Shown in pieces: positions 1-13,519 of a stretch of 64,000 nt of DNA (its first letter is position 1; every line of letters starts with the position of its first letter). The position numbers were made by a program, and so were the translations under genes. Below the pieces are notes generated by a model. The model was not told the DNA's origin. It ran no database searches and was given only the letters and a program-made list of their open reading frames with translations. Origin of the DNA: Octopus vulgaris (lineage: Eukaryota); contig OX597817.1 of NCBI GenBank assembly GCA_951406725.2, positions 33,232,001-33,296,000 on the forward strand, read 5' to 3'.

Positions 1-261
1 TGATTTAGTACATGTAGGACATATACATTAACTTTGAACATAGAGAATTCTCAGGTTACTATTAATATTTGAACTCGTATTGATTGATAGATGATGATGG
101 TATTTTAAACATCTGTTGTGTTCTGTAGTCCATTGAGCAGTTTGATCATTAGAAAGACTCCCTTTTCATGTAGTAATTAAAAGAAGAATGTACTGGGGTT
201 GCTTTGTAGTGCTTATTTTAGACCTATTTGTGGAGTTCTAAACACAACACCTAACTAATGA

Positions 262-430
262 TACAGGGGTAGCTGTGTGGTAAGAAGCTTGCTTCTCAAC
301 CACATAGTTCTGGGTTCAGTTCTACTGTGTAGCACCTTGGACAAGTGTCTTCTACTATAGCCTTGGGCTAACCAATGCCTTGTGAGTGGATTTGGTAGAC
401 AGAAACTGAAAGCAGCCCATTGTATATACG
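262..430 (+). mobile_element. tRNA-derived SINE family A, 5' part
   Basis: Head GCTGTGTGGTAAG...GGGTTCAGT followed by CCTTGG(A/G)CAAGTGTCTTCTACTATAGCC core; near-identical copies at 5683, 22996, 40141 and (minus) 25751-26143. Confidence 0.8.
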
Positions 431-455
431 CATACATACATATATATATGCACAG

Positions 456-665
456 TGGAGGCGCGTGGCTTAGTGGTTAGGATGTCAGCATCATGATCGT
501 AAGATTGTGGTTTCGATTCCTGGACCGGGCGACGTGTTGTGTTCTTGAGCAAAACACTTCATTTCACTTTGCTCCAGTCCACTCAGCTGGCAAAAATGAG
601 TAACACTGCGATGGACTGGCATCCCATCCAGCTGGAGAACACATACGCCATAGAAACTAGCTTGT
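456..665 (+). mobile_element. tRNA-derived SINE family C (OK/OR-like octopus SINE)
   Basis: Pol III box A TGGCTTAGTGG and box B-like GTTTCGATTCC; homologous copies at 5096-5350 and 35451-35712. Confidence 0.8.
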
Positions 666-1520
666 ACATCGACATGAATTTTGGAAGAGGGGTCTTGCAA
701 GTCTACCAGATAGATAGAAGAGCATTGTAGAAAATGAAGAAGAGTATATTTTAGATTAAAAATGAACTTTGTTTCTCCTAATTTTGAAAAATAAAAGAAG
801 CATAAAAAACTGCATTATTTATGGGGTGACCCAAAATATTCATGTATGTTTATATATATATATATATATTTATAAAAAGTGTAGGTGGCTATTATGACCA
901 ACGGTCACTTTCACGATTACAGCCAACGATTCTAGTCAACGCACAAGACAGCCATTATGCTCCCCACCACAAAACACCTCCATGTGGATTCAGTTGAGAC
1001 TAGTAAGAAACAATTATAAGCTTTTTTATTACACTTAACTTTTAAAAATATTTTTGATAAGGTTCGTTTTTTCAAGAAGATCCGAAATATGTAAAATCTC
1101 TAAGGGACTTGCTCTGCCACCAGACTCCCATTGTAATTCTCTTGTCCTCTAGCATGAAGCTGACCATCATGGCCACCACCCCAGGGCTTGTAGTCTGGCA
1201 AACAACAAGTGAACCTCAGTAGTGCAGGCGGCATGAAAAAAAAAAACCAGTCCATGCTGTAAAGTGGTTGGCATTAGGGAAGGCATCCAGTTATAAATCT
1301 ATGCCAAGGCAGACGTTTGAGCTATCTTTGGACACATGCGATCCTGTTGAATCATCCAGCTCATGCCAGCATGGAACATGGACATTAAATGATGATGATG
1401 ATAAAGATGATGACTGATGATGATATATTTATATATGAAAGAATAGTCTCATTCGTATAATGATGATGGTCATTTGCAGCCATCACGTGATGTACTAAAG
1501 TACACACAAACACATATATG

Positions 1521-1603
1521 CATACATACATACATACATACATACATACATACATACATACATACATACATACATACATACATACATACATACATACATA
1601 CAT
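1521..1603. repeat. (CATA)n microsatellite
   Basis: Directly visible perfect tetranucleotide run. Confidence 0.95.
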
Positions 1604-1900
1604 AGTTAATCCCAACATGAACAAGGAAAAAAAACAAACCACTTCGTGAGGAATTGGAATAAGTATAGTGTTATGGGACGCTCAGGAAAGGAAAGAACGA
1701 AGGAGGATTTAACGTTTCGAGCTGAGCTCTTTGTCAGAAATATAGAAAAAAAGAGAAAGTCCAAAGAAAGGAAAACAGAGAAAGAAAATCGCCAATGATA
1801 CACATGCGGTCACATATTGAAATGACTGGAAGGGAATGGGTGAAGAAAAAGATCTTTCAAAGACAGGAGAGTGCAAGCGAAGGAGGTATGTGTGGGTATG
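1604..1900 (-). mobile_element. Penelope-like element terminal (pLTR-like) fragment with decayed minimal hammerhead
   Basis: Minus strand 1707-1741 reads attt-CTGACAA-a-gagc-tca-gctc-GAAA-cg-TT-aaat; fragment abuts (CATA)n; right boundary approximate. Confidence 0.55.
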
Positions 1901-2191
1901 TGCGTGTGCGCAGGTCTGTGTGTGTGTGTGTGTGTGTTTGTACATACATACATATATGTATGCACATACAGACACACACACACACAGATACACACAGACA
2001 GACACACACACACATTAACTGATATTATGCTCTACCTAATGGCTTACTCTCAAGTATAAATGTATTGAGTTCCAACAATTGGTTATCTGTATCGCTATGC
2101 CTAAGCAGAATCCCATATATGTTAACATACATACGCACACACATACATACATACATACATACACACACACATACATACATACATACATACA

Positions 2192-2227
<36 letters not shown>

Positions 2228-2649
2228 TACATACATCAATACATACATATACACACACACACAAACACACACACACATATTTATATATCAAATGCAACTA
2301 TGCATATTTGTACATATGTCAGTATATGTTTATGTGTTTGTTTAAGCTCAAGTATAAATATATACACACTGCTCCTGTGCATACATGTACAGATGTCAAT
2401 ATATGTTTATTGTTTATATATGAGCTTAAGTATGCATATCTATTGTGTTACTAACGCCTACCTACACCTAACATAGTTTAGGACTAACTCCCATCATGCT
2501 TAGAATTATTTGCACTCACCTATTTGTGATCTGAGGAATAATAGAAAATCAATTTAGTGGTGAAATTCTGTGTGATAACCTTCCAATCATCACTGACCAA
2601 TCATGCAAATTTTCTTAATTTCTGGTGCAGAAGATACACCTATATAACT

Positions 2650-2957
2650 AACCACTATGAGCGAGGTCATTGCCAGTGCTGCTGGATTGGCTCCTGTGCA
2701 GGTGGCACATAAAAAGCACCATTTGAGCATGGCCGTTGCCAGTACTGCCTGACTGGCCCGCGTGCTGGTGGCACGTAAAAGCACCCACTACACTCTCGGA
2801 GTGGTTGGTGTTAGGAAGGGCATCCAGCTGTAGAAACTCTGCCAGATCAGATTGGAGTCTTGTGCAGCCATCTGGTTTGCCAGACCTCAGTCAAATTGTC
2901 CAACCCATGCTAGCATGGAAAGCGGACGTTAAATGATGATGATGATGAGGATGATGA
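2650..2957 (+). mobile_element. 3' UTR fragment of RTE-type LINE (or derived SINE) ending in (GAT)n
   Basis: GGTGGCACGTAAAAGCACC subrepeats and tail CCCATGCTAGCATGGAAAGCGGACGTTAAA(TGA)n; more than ten copies in window (e.g. 9785-10345, 15642-15918, 24003-24320, 27440-27755, 42770-43183, 48993-49215, 51428-51626). Confidence 0.75.
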
Positions 2958-2959
2958 CT

Positions 2960-4085
2960 ACTAGAACCCTGCTGGGCCCAAAATCTATCTCAGGGCTGGC
3001 ATCATCAGCACAATGAAAGATAGATTAGGAGATATTGCGAAGGCATTGGGATGGAGGCAAATGGATGTGTGCTGTGTGCAAGTGGTGAGGTAGAAAGGAG
3101 CTTCACTCAGGCTCATTATAGACAAAAAGCAAAAGTGAAAATTCTTCTGGGTGAGTTACAGTGCCAGTGGAGTGGGTATATAAATAGCAGAGAAACTGAT
3201 AGATGAAGTTATTGAAGTAGTCAGAGTGTGTGATAGAATAATTGAGTGTAGTTTGAGTCAATGTAACAATGATATTTATTTCTGCATGTACACTACATAG
3301 AGATTTGGAAGATGAACAGAGGTACTGCTTTTATGAAGCCTTTCTCCTGTGCTTCCAGACTACCATGATAATGAATAAATGCATACACATTATTGAAGAT
3401 GTCAATTTTAATAGCCATTTTGGGCAATACTATAATGGCAATGGATATTAGTTTGAGGAATGTGAAAGAGGCAAAGCTCTTGGTGTTCTGTAAGAAAACT
3501 TAACTTCAGGAAATTAACCAGCTACTTGATCACCAACTAATCAGGGAATAACATTAAGTCAAATAGACTTCATATGCACCAGGAAATAAGACAGCAGATA
3601 GGTGTGAATGCTGAATCTTTTCCCTGGTAAAGGATGTATCAGCCAACATTGACTGATAACATTGGAGTAAGAACTTGATGGATTCTGAGACACAAAATAA
3701 TGTGGATAAGGAAGATATAGAAGCTGAAACTTCAAGTAGTAATAGACTAAGAGAATAACTAGTTATTCATGTGACTAGGAGTTTATATGAGACAACTAGT
3801 TGAGGGTTAAAGACCAAATCTGTGGCTGGTGCAAAAGTTACTATAGCTAGACAAAAGTTACTATAGATATAAAAGCTAAGAAATAAGCCAAGAGAGACTT
3901 AGAAGAAATTGAGCAGTAAAACACAATATCCTATAACAAGAAAACAGTCAAGATATCAGATATGCTTATCAAGGGAGAAGTAGAGAGTAAGAAGTTTGCA
4001 CATGTTTTATGATATGAAGATTCACATTGCAAGACATTGTACTAGCAATAACTGAGATGTCATTGGGGAGAAAATTCTACAGATA
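2960..4085 (+). mobile_element. Decayed RTE-clade LINE, apurinic endonuclease region
   Basis: Fragmented translations MDVCCVQVVR*KG, FFWV..SGVGI, VIEVVRVCDRII match RTE APE motifs; many stops and frameshifts. Confidence 0.6.
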
Positions 4086-4139
4086 CTTTACAGAGTATGC
4101 TGGGTGCATTTTATCATGATACCTGTAGTAGAAGTCATT

Positions 4140-5440
4140 ATACCTTCAGTAAGACATAAAGAAGCCTCACAGTAATACAATTATCTCTGCTCAATTCATC
4201 AACTGCTTTAAAGAATGTACTGGATGTATTTTAGTGTGGCACCAGAACAAGTAAGGTTGTCTTTCCATGTAAGAGAGACCCCAGGACTGTAAGGAGTAGA
4301 ATGGTAGGGAAGAGAAGCTGAACTTGGATGAAATGGTGAGAGAAGCAATAGTATAAATGGAGGAAAAGAACTATTGGGTGAGAATGTAGTAGAAAAGAGG
4401 GTAACTGAAGAGACAGTGGCAGGGAGGGGGTAATGGAAGAGAGACAGTTATGTTAAGGATTACTGAGAATTGATGACATTTACCTGTTTAGCGGTGAGAG
4501 AGAGGGGGGAGAGGAAGAAGGGGAGAGAGAGAGGAAGAGGGAGAAAAGGAGAGAGAGGGGAGAGGAAGAAGGGGAGAGAGAGGGTAAGGGAGAAGGGGAG
4601 AGAGAGAGAGATTCATAGAGTTTAAGAAAAGGGTGATAGTAAGAGAAGATTGATATATATCAATCATGAATAACTTGAAGTAGAGGGGTGGTGGCTAGTA
4701 GAAGAATAACAATAGAGACAAAAATCCCTCACTTCATGAGTATTGTCATGAGAGAGAGAGAGTAATAAAGAGAGAGGCAGAATGATAAGGATGGCAGGAG
4801 GGATTAAGTTGGGAGATATTCAATGCTACTCCATGTTATATCGGTGGATAGTAAGGTGAATATAGAGTTTGAGCAGGGAGAAGCTGAGTACGAGAAAGAT
4901 GAGAGAATTTCAAATAGGTGAGGGGTAGTGGGGAAAGGCTGTGTGAAGGAAAGGTGGGAGGTTTTGAGGACTGTAGCAGAGTCCTTAAATGATTGGGTAT
5001 TATAAGGGTATTGTAGAACTGGGACATTTCCTCTGTGTACCAAAAGCACAGAGATGGCCATCATGTGGCTTTGAAGACTGCTACTGGGACACAAAAACAA
5101 AATGTTCCTTCTCGAGCCATGCCAAACTCATAAGGGCCGGTTTCCTAGTTTCAGTGGCATAGAAATTCCCCACCTGGACGGGACGCCGGTTCGTCGCAGG
5201 ATTACTCATTTTTGCCAGCTGAGTGGACTGGAGCAACGTGAAATGAAGTGTTTTGCTCAAGAACACAACGCGCCGCCTGGTCCAGGAATTGAAATCACAA
5301 TCTTACGATCATGAGTTCAACACCCTAACCACTAAACCATGCACCTCCACACTGGGGCACAAGTTGTAGTCCAAGAAATCCAGTTGGATAATATGGGCGA
5401 CACTGTCTGATGCCGAAAGATCTGAATATCTAACAACACC
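4140..5440 (-). mobile_element. Highly decayed retroelement RT remnant, possibly Penelope-like
   Basis: ORF 4804-5100 contains SFKDSATVL and TLLSTDITWSSIEYLP, loosely like PLE motifs SYLKDT..FL and LLFTMDVTSLYTNIP; weak. Confidence 0.3.
5096..5350 (-). mobile_element. tRNA-derived SINE family C with target-site duplication
   Basis: Reverse complement of 456-665 family; flanked by ACTGGGACACAA (5083-5094) and ACTGGGGCACAA (5351-5362). Confidence 0.8.
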
Positions 5441-5682
5441 ATGTAACATCACTGATCATGCATCTCAACACATATGGGAGATGTATCATGCATATACATA
5501 TGAGAGACACACATATATTATATACACACAAATACACACACACACACATACTTATTTACATACATATGTATGCATGTATGTATTTATATATATAATGAAA
5601 GTCAACACAAGGAAACACATGTATGGTATATAAACCTGAGAAATACATACGATTACTGTGTTTATTTATATTATACATATAT

Positions 5683-5841
5683 GCGCAAGAGTGGCTGTGT
5701 GGTAAGTAGCTTGCTTACCAACCACATGGTTCTGGGTTAAGTCCCACTGCGTGACACCTTGGGCAAGTGTCTTCTACTATAGCCTTGTGCCAACCAAAGC
5801 CTTGTGAGTGGATTTGGTAGATGGAAACTGAAAGAGGCCTG

Positions 5842-5878
<37 letters not shown>

Positions 5879-6080
5879 TGTGTTTGTCCCTCCACCATCG
5901 CTTGACAACCAATGTTGTGTTTATGTCCCTATTCCTTAGCAGTTCAGCAAAAGAAGACTGATAGAATAAGTACTAAGCTTACAAAGAATAAGTTCGGAGG
6001 GTCAATTTGTTTGACTAAAGAGGCTACTCCAGCATGGCCGCAATCAAATGACTGAAACAAAATAAAAGAATAAAAGAATA
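5683..6080 (+). mobile_element. SINE family A, full length with internal (TG)n
   Basis: tRNA-like head, core, internal microsatellite, tail CAGCATGGCCGCAATCAAATGACTGAAAC followed by A-rich repeats. Confidence 0.85.
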
Positions 6081-6174
6081 AACGAATACATATATAAGCA
6101 TACGTATACATACATATATCTGTATATATGCATGTATATATGTATATTTATATATCATATATATATATATGTGA

Positions 6175-6222
<48 letters not shown>

Positions 6223-6894
6223 ATGTGTGTGTACATATATGTGTGTATATATATGTATGTATATCTATATATAGACACACCCACACCCACCCACCCACAC
6301 ACACACACACATACTCACACAAAGTTTCTTTTAATGTGCATTCTAGGTTAACACCCAGGTCACAATTTTCCCATACAATGTCATATATAAATTTTATCGA
6401 TAGAAAGCGATTTTATGGGTGGGTGTTGTCATTGTCACAAAGTACAAAAAAGGCAACACATGGTTTCTTCTTTCAGTTGTTCCAGTTTCAGATCTAGTAC
6501 TTAGAAATGTAGTGAGGGGGTGGGACTTTGAACTAAAAAAAATGAACAAGAATTTAACATAAAATTTTTGGAAGTTTGAAATTCAGTGCCATATTTCCCT
6601 TTTTAAAATTTTTTTTTTTTATTATATATGAATATTGAGAGAGAAGGTGGACATAAAAGAATATATATGCAGTATGCAAGAGAGGAGATGGCACTGGTTT
6701 GGTCATGTGATGCAAGTGGATGAGAACAGCTGCATAAAGAAGTACCAATCACTTAAAATGGTTGACATGAGGAAGGGCGTCCAGCCATAGAAACCAAACC
6801 AAAACAGATTATGAAACCTGTTGCAGACCCTGGTCTTGCCAGTTCCTGTCAAGCTGTCGAACCCATGTCAACATGGAAAATGGATGTGAAATGT

Positions 6895-6925
<31 letters not shown>

Positions 6926-6935
6926 ATGTCTAAGT

Positions 6936-7136
6936 CAGTGGTTTTCAACCAGGGTTCCGCCAGTACAGTGCAGGGGTTCCGCAAGAAGTTACAAAACTGC
7001 TAAAATCGGCAGTAATTTTTAATTCTCCTGCGCAGATATGTGTGCATAAGACTATTAAATTATTGCACAGGGGTTCCTCAAGCCAGTGGAATGTTTCCTT
7101 GGGGTTCCGCTCTAGCAAAAAGTTTGAAAAGCACTG
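6936..7136. mobile_element. hAT-superfamily MITE
   Basis: TIRs CAGTGGTTTTCAA / TTGAAAAGCACTG; exact 8-bp TSD GTCTAAGT at 6928-6935 and 7137-7144. Confidence 0.9.
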
Positions 7137-8709
7137 GTCTAAGTCCTCCAAACACAAATTTTAGACAATTTTTACTAAATATTAAATATGTAACTGTCAA
7201 ATAGTAATTTAATTCTGATAGTTTGACTAACACACTAAACTATCCTTACAAATACACAATGGACTTTCCAGTCGTAGATGACTGATGAGGGTGCCATCAT
7301 TTCTCATTGTGTAATCCATACAGATGATTTCTTTATATTGGTCAAACTGACATTGCCTGTACAGGTGCAAGGTGAATCACATGTTAGATATTAAAGTGAT
7401 CACAAAGCAACGTGAAATGAAGTGTTTTGCTCAAGAACACAGTGCACTGTCCACTACAGGAATTAAAATCACAATCTCATGATTGAGAGTGCAACACCCT
7501 AACCACAAGGCCATACATCCTCACAAATACATACATACATACATACATACATACATACATACGTGTGTACGTACATACATAATGCATGCATGCATGCCTG
7601 CACAAGCAAATATATACATATATACTTACACAAGTACACAAACACATTTTTCTTTGTCTTGCAAGTATTTGGTAAACCTGTCAGTGCAGGTGTCACTTAA
7701 AAGCACCCAGTCCACACTATAAAATGGTTGGTGTTTGGAAGGGCAATCAGCTGTAAAAACCTTGCCAAAACTAACTTTGCCACATAAAATGCACCAAGTC
7801 CACTCTGCTGAGTAGTTGGTGTTAGGAAGGGCACCCAGCTGTAAAAATCCTGCCAAAATAGTTGCAGAAGTCTGGTGCTGGCTTCTGCCTGGCCGGCTCT
7901 TGTCTAACCATCTTACTCATGCCAGCATGGAAGGTGGATATTAAATGATGATGATGAAGGAGACATCAATACATCTAACTTAGTAAGCAAATATACTATT
8001 TTATATTAAACATATTATTAAGGTGACAAGCTAGCAAGGTTGTTAACACACTGAACAGAATGCTCAATGGTAGTTTGTCTGTCTTTACATTCTGAGTTTG
8101 AATTCTGCTAAGGTTGACTTTGTCTTTCATCCATTTCTGAAGTTGATGAGACAAGTATTAGTCAGGTACTGGTTTCAAGATAATTGGCTAGTCCTTCCCA
8201 AAATGTTTCAGACTTTGTGCTTATAACGAAAAGGATATTAAATATATAATAATAAATTATTATTACTAGGATTTTTGTGCTGAAGAGGCTGTCATCAGGT
8301 GGTACATCTAATGATATGATATTAAACAATATCTATATGGAAGTAATGCAAAAGTTGTCAAATTTAATAATAATAAATACATTGAAAATACCAGGAAAGA
8401 TGTGTCTGTAATGAGTTTTGGTTTCCTATTTAAAGCCTATTTGCTTTATTAAAACATTTAATGCCTTTGAGAAAGATATTTTCTAATTTCCTATATCTGA
8501 ACTACTGTGTTGTGTTTTTTTTTACCTACTTTAATAGCAAACAAGCTATATATTAATTAGATGCCAAATAAAGCCAGAAGAATCATTTAAAATACTTGTT
8601 TACTGAGATAGTGTGTGAGTGTTACCTTTTTGACATGAAACTTAAAGTAATGGAATATTAGTTTGTTTTAATAATTATATCATACAAAACAATATTTGTT
8701 CTGCAATAT

Positions 8710-8940
8710 ATATTTCTTTACTACCCACAAGGGGCTAAACACAGAGGACAAACAAGGACAGACAAAGGGATTAAGTCGATTACATCGACCCCAGTGCATA
8801 ACTGGTACTTAATTTATCGACCCCGAAAGGTTGAAAGGGAAAGTCGACCTCAGCGGAATTTGAACTCAGCACGTAATGACAGACAAAATACGGTTATGCA
8901 TTTCACCCGGCGTGCTAACGTTTCTGCCAGCTCGCCGCCT
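8710..8940 (-). mobile_element. SINE family B
   Basis: Head AAGGCGGCGAGCTGGCAGAA..., GAGTTCAAATTCC box B and GTCGACTTT(G/C)CCTTTCA..CTTTCGGGGTCGATAAA domain; copies at 9085-9530, 17976-18385, 26460-26690, 54123-54340. Confidence 0.8.
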
Positions 8941-9006
8941 TCTGCAATATATATTGAACTTTAGATTTAGTTAGCAAATCTTTGTGCAATGATGATGATG
9001 ATGATA

Positions 9007-9053
<47 letters not shown>

Positions 9054-9544
9054 ATAATAATAATAATGATGATGATAATAATAATTTCAAGTTTTGGCAC
9101 AAGGCCAGTAAGTTTGGGGAAGGCACAAGGTCGATTACATCAACCCCAGTGTTTAATTTTATTGATCCTCAAAAGGATGAAAGGCAAAGTCAACTACAGT
9201 GGAATTTGAACCCAGAATGTGAAGAGGGGTGAAATACCACTAAGCATTTTGCCTGGTGTGCTAATGATTCTGCCAGCTTGCTGCCCTAATAATAATAAGA
9301 AGGATAAGAATAATTCTTTCCACTATAGACACATGGCCTGAAATTTTGGGGGAAGGGGCCAGTTGATTAAATTGACTCCAGTATACAACTGGTACTTAAT
9401 TTAGCAACTCTGAAAGGATGAAAGGCAAAGTCAACCTTGGTGGAATTTGAACTCAGAATGTAAAGATAGATGAAATACTACTAAGCATTTCACCTGGCCT
9501 GATAATGATTCTGCCAGCTCGCCACCTTAAGAAGAATAAGAATA

Positions 9545-9785
9545 ACAATGCCCATTTGATACCAGGATCATAAAGAAAGAGGAAGAAAAATAAGAAAAAT
9601 ACAATCCCTGAAAATTTGAAATAGAAAGAATTTGGAGCATGTGAACAGTAGAGGACATGCCTATAATAATTGGTGCATTGGGAACAGTAAGTAAATATAT
9701 AGACAAATGGTTGAAGGAGATTGAACTAGAATGCTCGGTAAAATCCTACAGAAAGTTTATCTCTTAGGGACAGCAAGGATTATCA
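9545..9785 (+). mobile_element. R4/Dong LINE 3' coding fragment (RLE domain), decayed
   Basis: Translations LKFEIERIWSM and PIIIGALGTV resemble the C-terminus of the 28585-29352 RLE ORF. Confidence 0.6.
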
Positions 9786-10516
9786 GTCCACTTATGCATA
9801 CCTTTCCTTCATTGGACACTAAACTCTGCTTGCAAAGACCTGTTGAGGCAAGTGAAATCGAAATCGAAATCAAATTCGATGACTGGCATCTGTGCTAGTG
9901 GAATGCTAAGAGTACCATATGAGTGTTGATCATTGCCAGAGCAACAAACTGGCCTCTGTGCTGGTGGCATGTAAAAAGCACCATTCAAGTGTGATCGTTA
10001 CCTGCATCACCTTACTGGAACTTGTGCTGGTGGCATGTGAAAAAACATTTGAGCGAGGTTGCTGCCAGTGCCACTGTACTGGCTCTTGTGCAGGTGGCAC
10101 ATAAAAAGCACAATTTGAGCATGGCCGTTGGCAGTACCACCCAACTGGCCCTTGTGCCAGTAGCACGTAAAAGCACCCACTACACTCTTGGAGTGGTTGC
10201 TGTTAGGAAGGGCATCCAGCTGTAGAAACTCTGCCAGATCAAATTGGAGTCTGATGCAGCCATCTGGTTCGCCAGACCTCAGTCAAATCGTCCAACCCAT
10301 GCTAGCATGGAAAGCGGACGTTAAACGATGATGATGATGATGATGAAGTTTCTAAGCACTTGAAAACTATTGAAAACTTGTAGATACTTAAGGTTGCAAA
10401 TAGTAACCCACAACCCACATAAATCCTACCAGGAATAAGACTGAACCTGAACCAAACCAAAATAATGAAAATAACAACAACAACAACAACAACAACAATA
10501 ATAATAATAACAATAG

Positions 10517-10930
10517 CCCTGGTGACAACAGGATCAATGTGCATGCACTGATGACAACAGGGTCAATGTGAGAAAAAACATGTATGATTATTGATGTAGC
10601 ATGCCGCGGTGACAACAAGGTCAATGTGAGAAAGAACATGTATAATTATCGACATAGCATGTCCCTGTGACAATAGGATCAACGTGAGAAAGAACATGTA
10701 TGATTATCGACATAGCATGCCTCTGTGACAATAGGATCAACGTGAGAAAGAACATGTAAGATTATCGACATAGCATACCCTGGTGACAACAGGATCAATG
10801 TGAAAGAAGAAGAAAAAATAAACAACTATGATGATTTAAAGTGGGAAATACGAAGGTTGTGGTCAATGAAGAGAGTAGATGTGATATCAGTAGTAGTTGG
10901 TGCACTTGGAAGTATCAGCACTCAACTACC
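10517..10930 (+). mobile_element. R4/Dong RLE fragment with a 58-bp tandem array at its 5' end
   Basis: Four 58-bp units (10551-10782) of the CMIIDIACPGDNRIN-coding segment, then KEEEKINNYDDLKWEIRRLWSMK..VVVGALG; flanked by (AAT)n/(AAC)n. Confidence 0.75.
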
Positions 10931-10960
10931 AACAATAATAATAATAATAATGATTTCTTT

Positions 10961-11000
<40 letters not shown>

Positions 11001-11869
11001 GCAACAATGATTTCAAATTTTGGCACAAACAAGCAATTTCGCTTGATTGGTACTCATTTTATTGACTCTGAAAGACAAAATTTACTTTGATGGAATTTGA
11101 AGTCAGAACATGAAGACAGGCACAATGCTGCTAATGATTCTGCCAGATAAATTGCCTTAATTGGTAGTAGTAGTAATAATAATAATAGCAATAATAATAA
11201 TAACAATAATAATAATGAGATTGCCCTGATGCAGTGCAAGGCAGTGGCTCTTGTGGCTTCTGATCTTAACTGATTGGAAGTGTTATCATGTACATTGTTT
11301 TGTCTTGGTACAAAAGATGGACTACAGCAAATATTCTGCCTCAATACCACAGATTTGCTTGTCAGTTGTTTGACCTTAACCAGTTAACCATGTCCCTTAG
11401 TGGCTGATGATATGTGCATCTCTGATCACGAGCAGAAGTAGTAGGGGAGTATCATAGCCATAGGTATAAGGCCTGAAATTTTGAAGGAGGTGGAGAGTCA
11501 ATAACATAGATCCCAGTACTTGGCTGATTCTTATTTCATTGCCCCCTAAAAGGATAAAAGGCAAAGTGAACCTCTGGTGAATTTAAACCCAGAATGCTTT
11601 AGCAGCATTTTGCCTGGCATGATAACAATTCTTCCAGCTCACAAATAATAATAATAATGATGATGATGATGATGTTCTCTAGAACAGCACTATGTACAAA
11701 ACCAAATATATGGCACCCTAGGTATAACACCAATATGAACTTCCAACTTGTCTCTTGAGGTCTCTGGGTGAGACTTGGAGCCAACTTGTACAAATGTAAA
11801 GCAAACATAAAATAATAATAATGATTATAATAATATATTATTATTGTTATTTTTTCTCTTTGTAATTAA

Positions 11870-12900
11870 AACAGAACAGGATGAGATGGCCCTTTCTAAG
11901 GCCAAGGTCATCCCTCTCATTGGGCGGCTGTAGTAATAAACACATTTGACCTCTGCTGCCCACAAGGGTGTGATGCTTCTTTTGCTTCCTGATCACATTA
12001 CTAATGCTGCTATTGTTGCTGCTACTGCTACTACTACTACTACTACTATAGCTTCTAATAATAACAAAGATAATAGGGATTTGCCTGGAGACAAAGACCA
12101 CACACATGCCACAGCTTCTACAACCTACTGACAGAACATATACAATCCCAGCACCACTGCCACCACCAACGCCATCGCCATCTTACTGGAAGTAGTTTGG
12201 AGACTGGATGATGGTTTTGTCTTTTATCTCCTTGTCTCTATCTCTCTCTGGCTGTCAATTCAATATCTGCCCTTTTCTGTGATGCTATATGAATTCTGTC
12301 AGCCTTCCATTTGACACCGGCCAAGCAGCAGGTCATGACATGAACTAATTTAAAACTTCTCAAAATAAAATTCCCCACCCACCAAAAAATGATACCTGGG
12401 ACCTCTGGACCTTACTCAAGGAACTAGACAACTGGTTAACCCTGTGCACTTATATCATGGCCCTGGATACCAACCATGGAAATACCCACTAGAACCAGTG
12501 TCATTTGAAGAACATGATCATCAGTGACCTTAGGTCATGACACAGAGCTTGAAAAGTCTTTAAATCAGGACCAACCTCCTCAAGAACCTGTAGCAAATCA
12601 AGCCAGGGATATTCCCGAAACTGATGCTCAGGATCAACTACCAAACCTATCTCAAAGAAATAGAAATACAAGACAGAAATGGACTAAGGAGGAATATATC
12701 GAAGTTATGCATGTTTATTATTAAACCCAGAAACATCAATCATACAAAAAGAGACCTGGAGATGCAAAAACCCACAGACAGAAAAAGTGACTCCAATTGA
12801 TCAGACATTATGATCAAGGACTACAACAGAAGAACTTGTCTGTTAATAGATATGTTAGCTTCAAGCAATCCATAGTAAATATTAAAAAAAAGCAACTTTC
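11870..12900 (+). mobile_element. Decayed, internally deleted R4/Dong-like element (5' leader, N-terminus, RLE piece)
   Basis: ORF 12524-12724 has RQKWTKEEYIEVMHVYY, homologous to RNKWTREEYKEVIYAYY of the 31925-32260 ORF; SDIMIKDYNRRTCLLIDM near 12800-12855. Confidence 0.55.
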
Positions 12901-12967
12901 AGGGACAATAGTGATTTATTGAAATGGAAACATAAGTAGCCCAGATCTTATCTACTTCATTTCATAA

Positions 12968-13519
<552 letters not shown>

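Noticed and set aside
1385-2454. ORFs rich in MYVC/HTYI repeats (also 6.0-6.5, 20.5-21.7, 41.9-42.6, 50.6-50.9 kb)
   Set aside because: Translations of microsatellites; no coding evidence
2520-2639. Minus-strand exon bounded by AG and GTGAGT
   Set aside because: Stop codons in all three frames
7280-7330. CTGATGA motif as a hammerhead (also GAAACGTC near 63446)
   Set aside because: No matching stem II/GAAA partner or stem I
10551-10782. 58-bp array as a CRISPR-like repeat
   Set aside because: No unique spacers, eukaryotic context, units derive from LINE coding sequence
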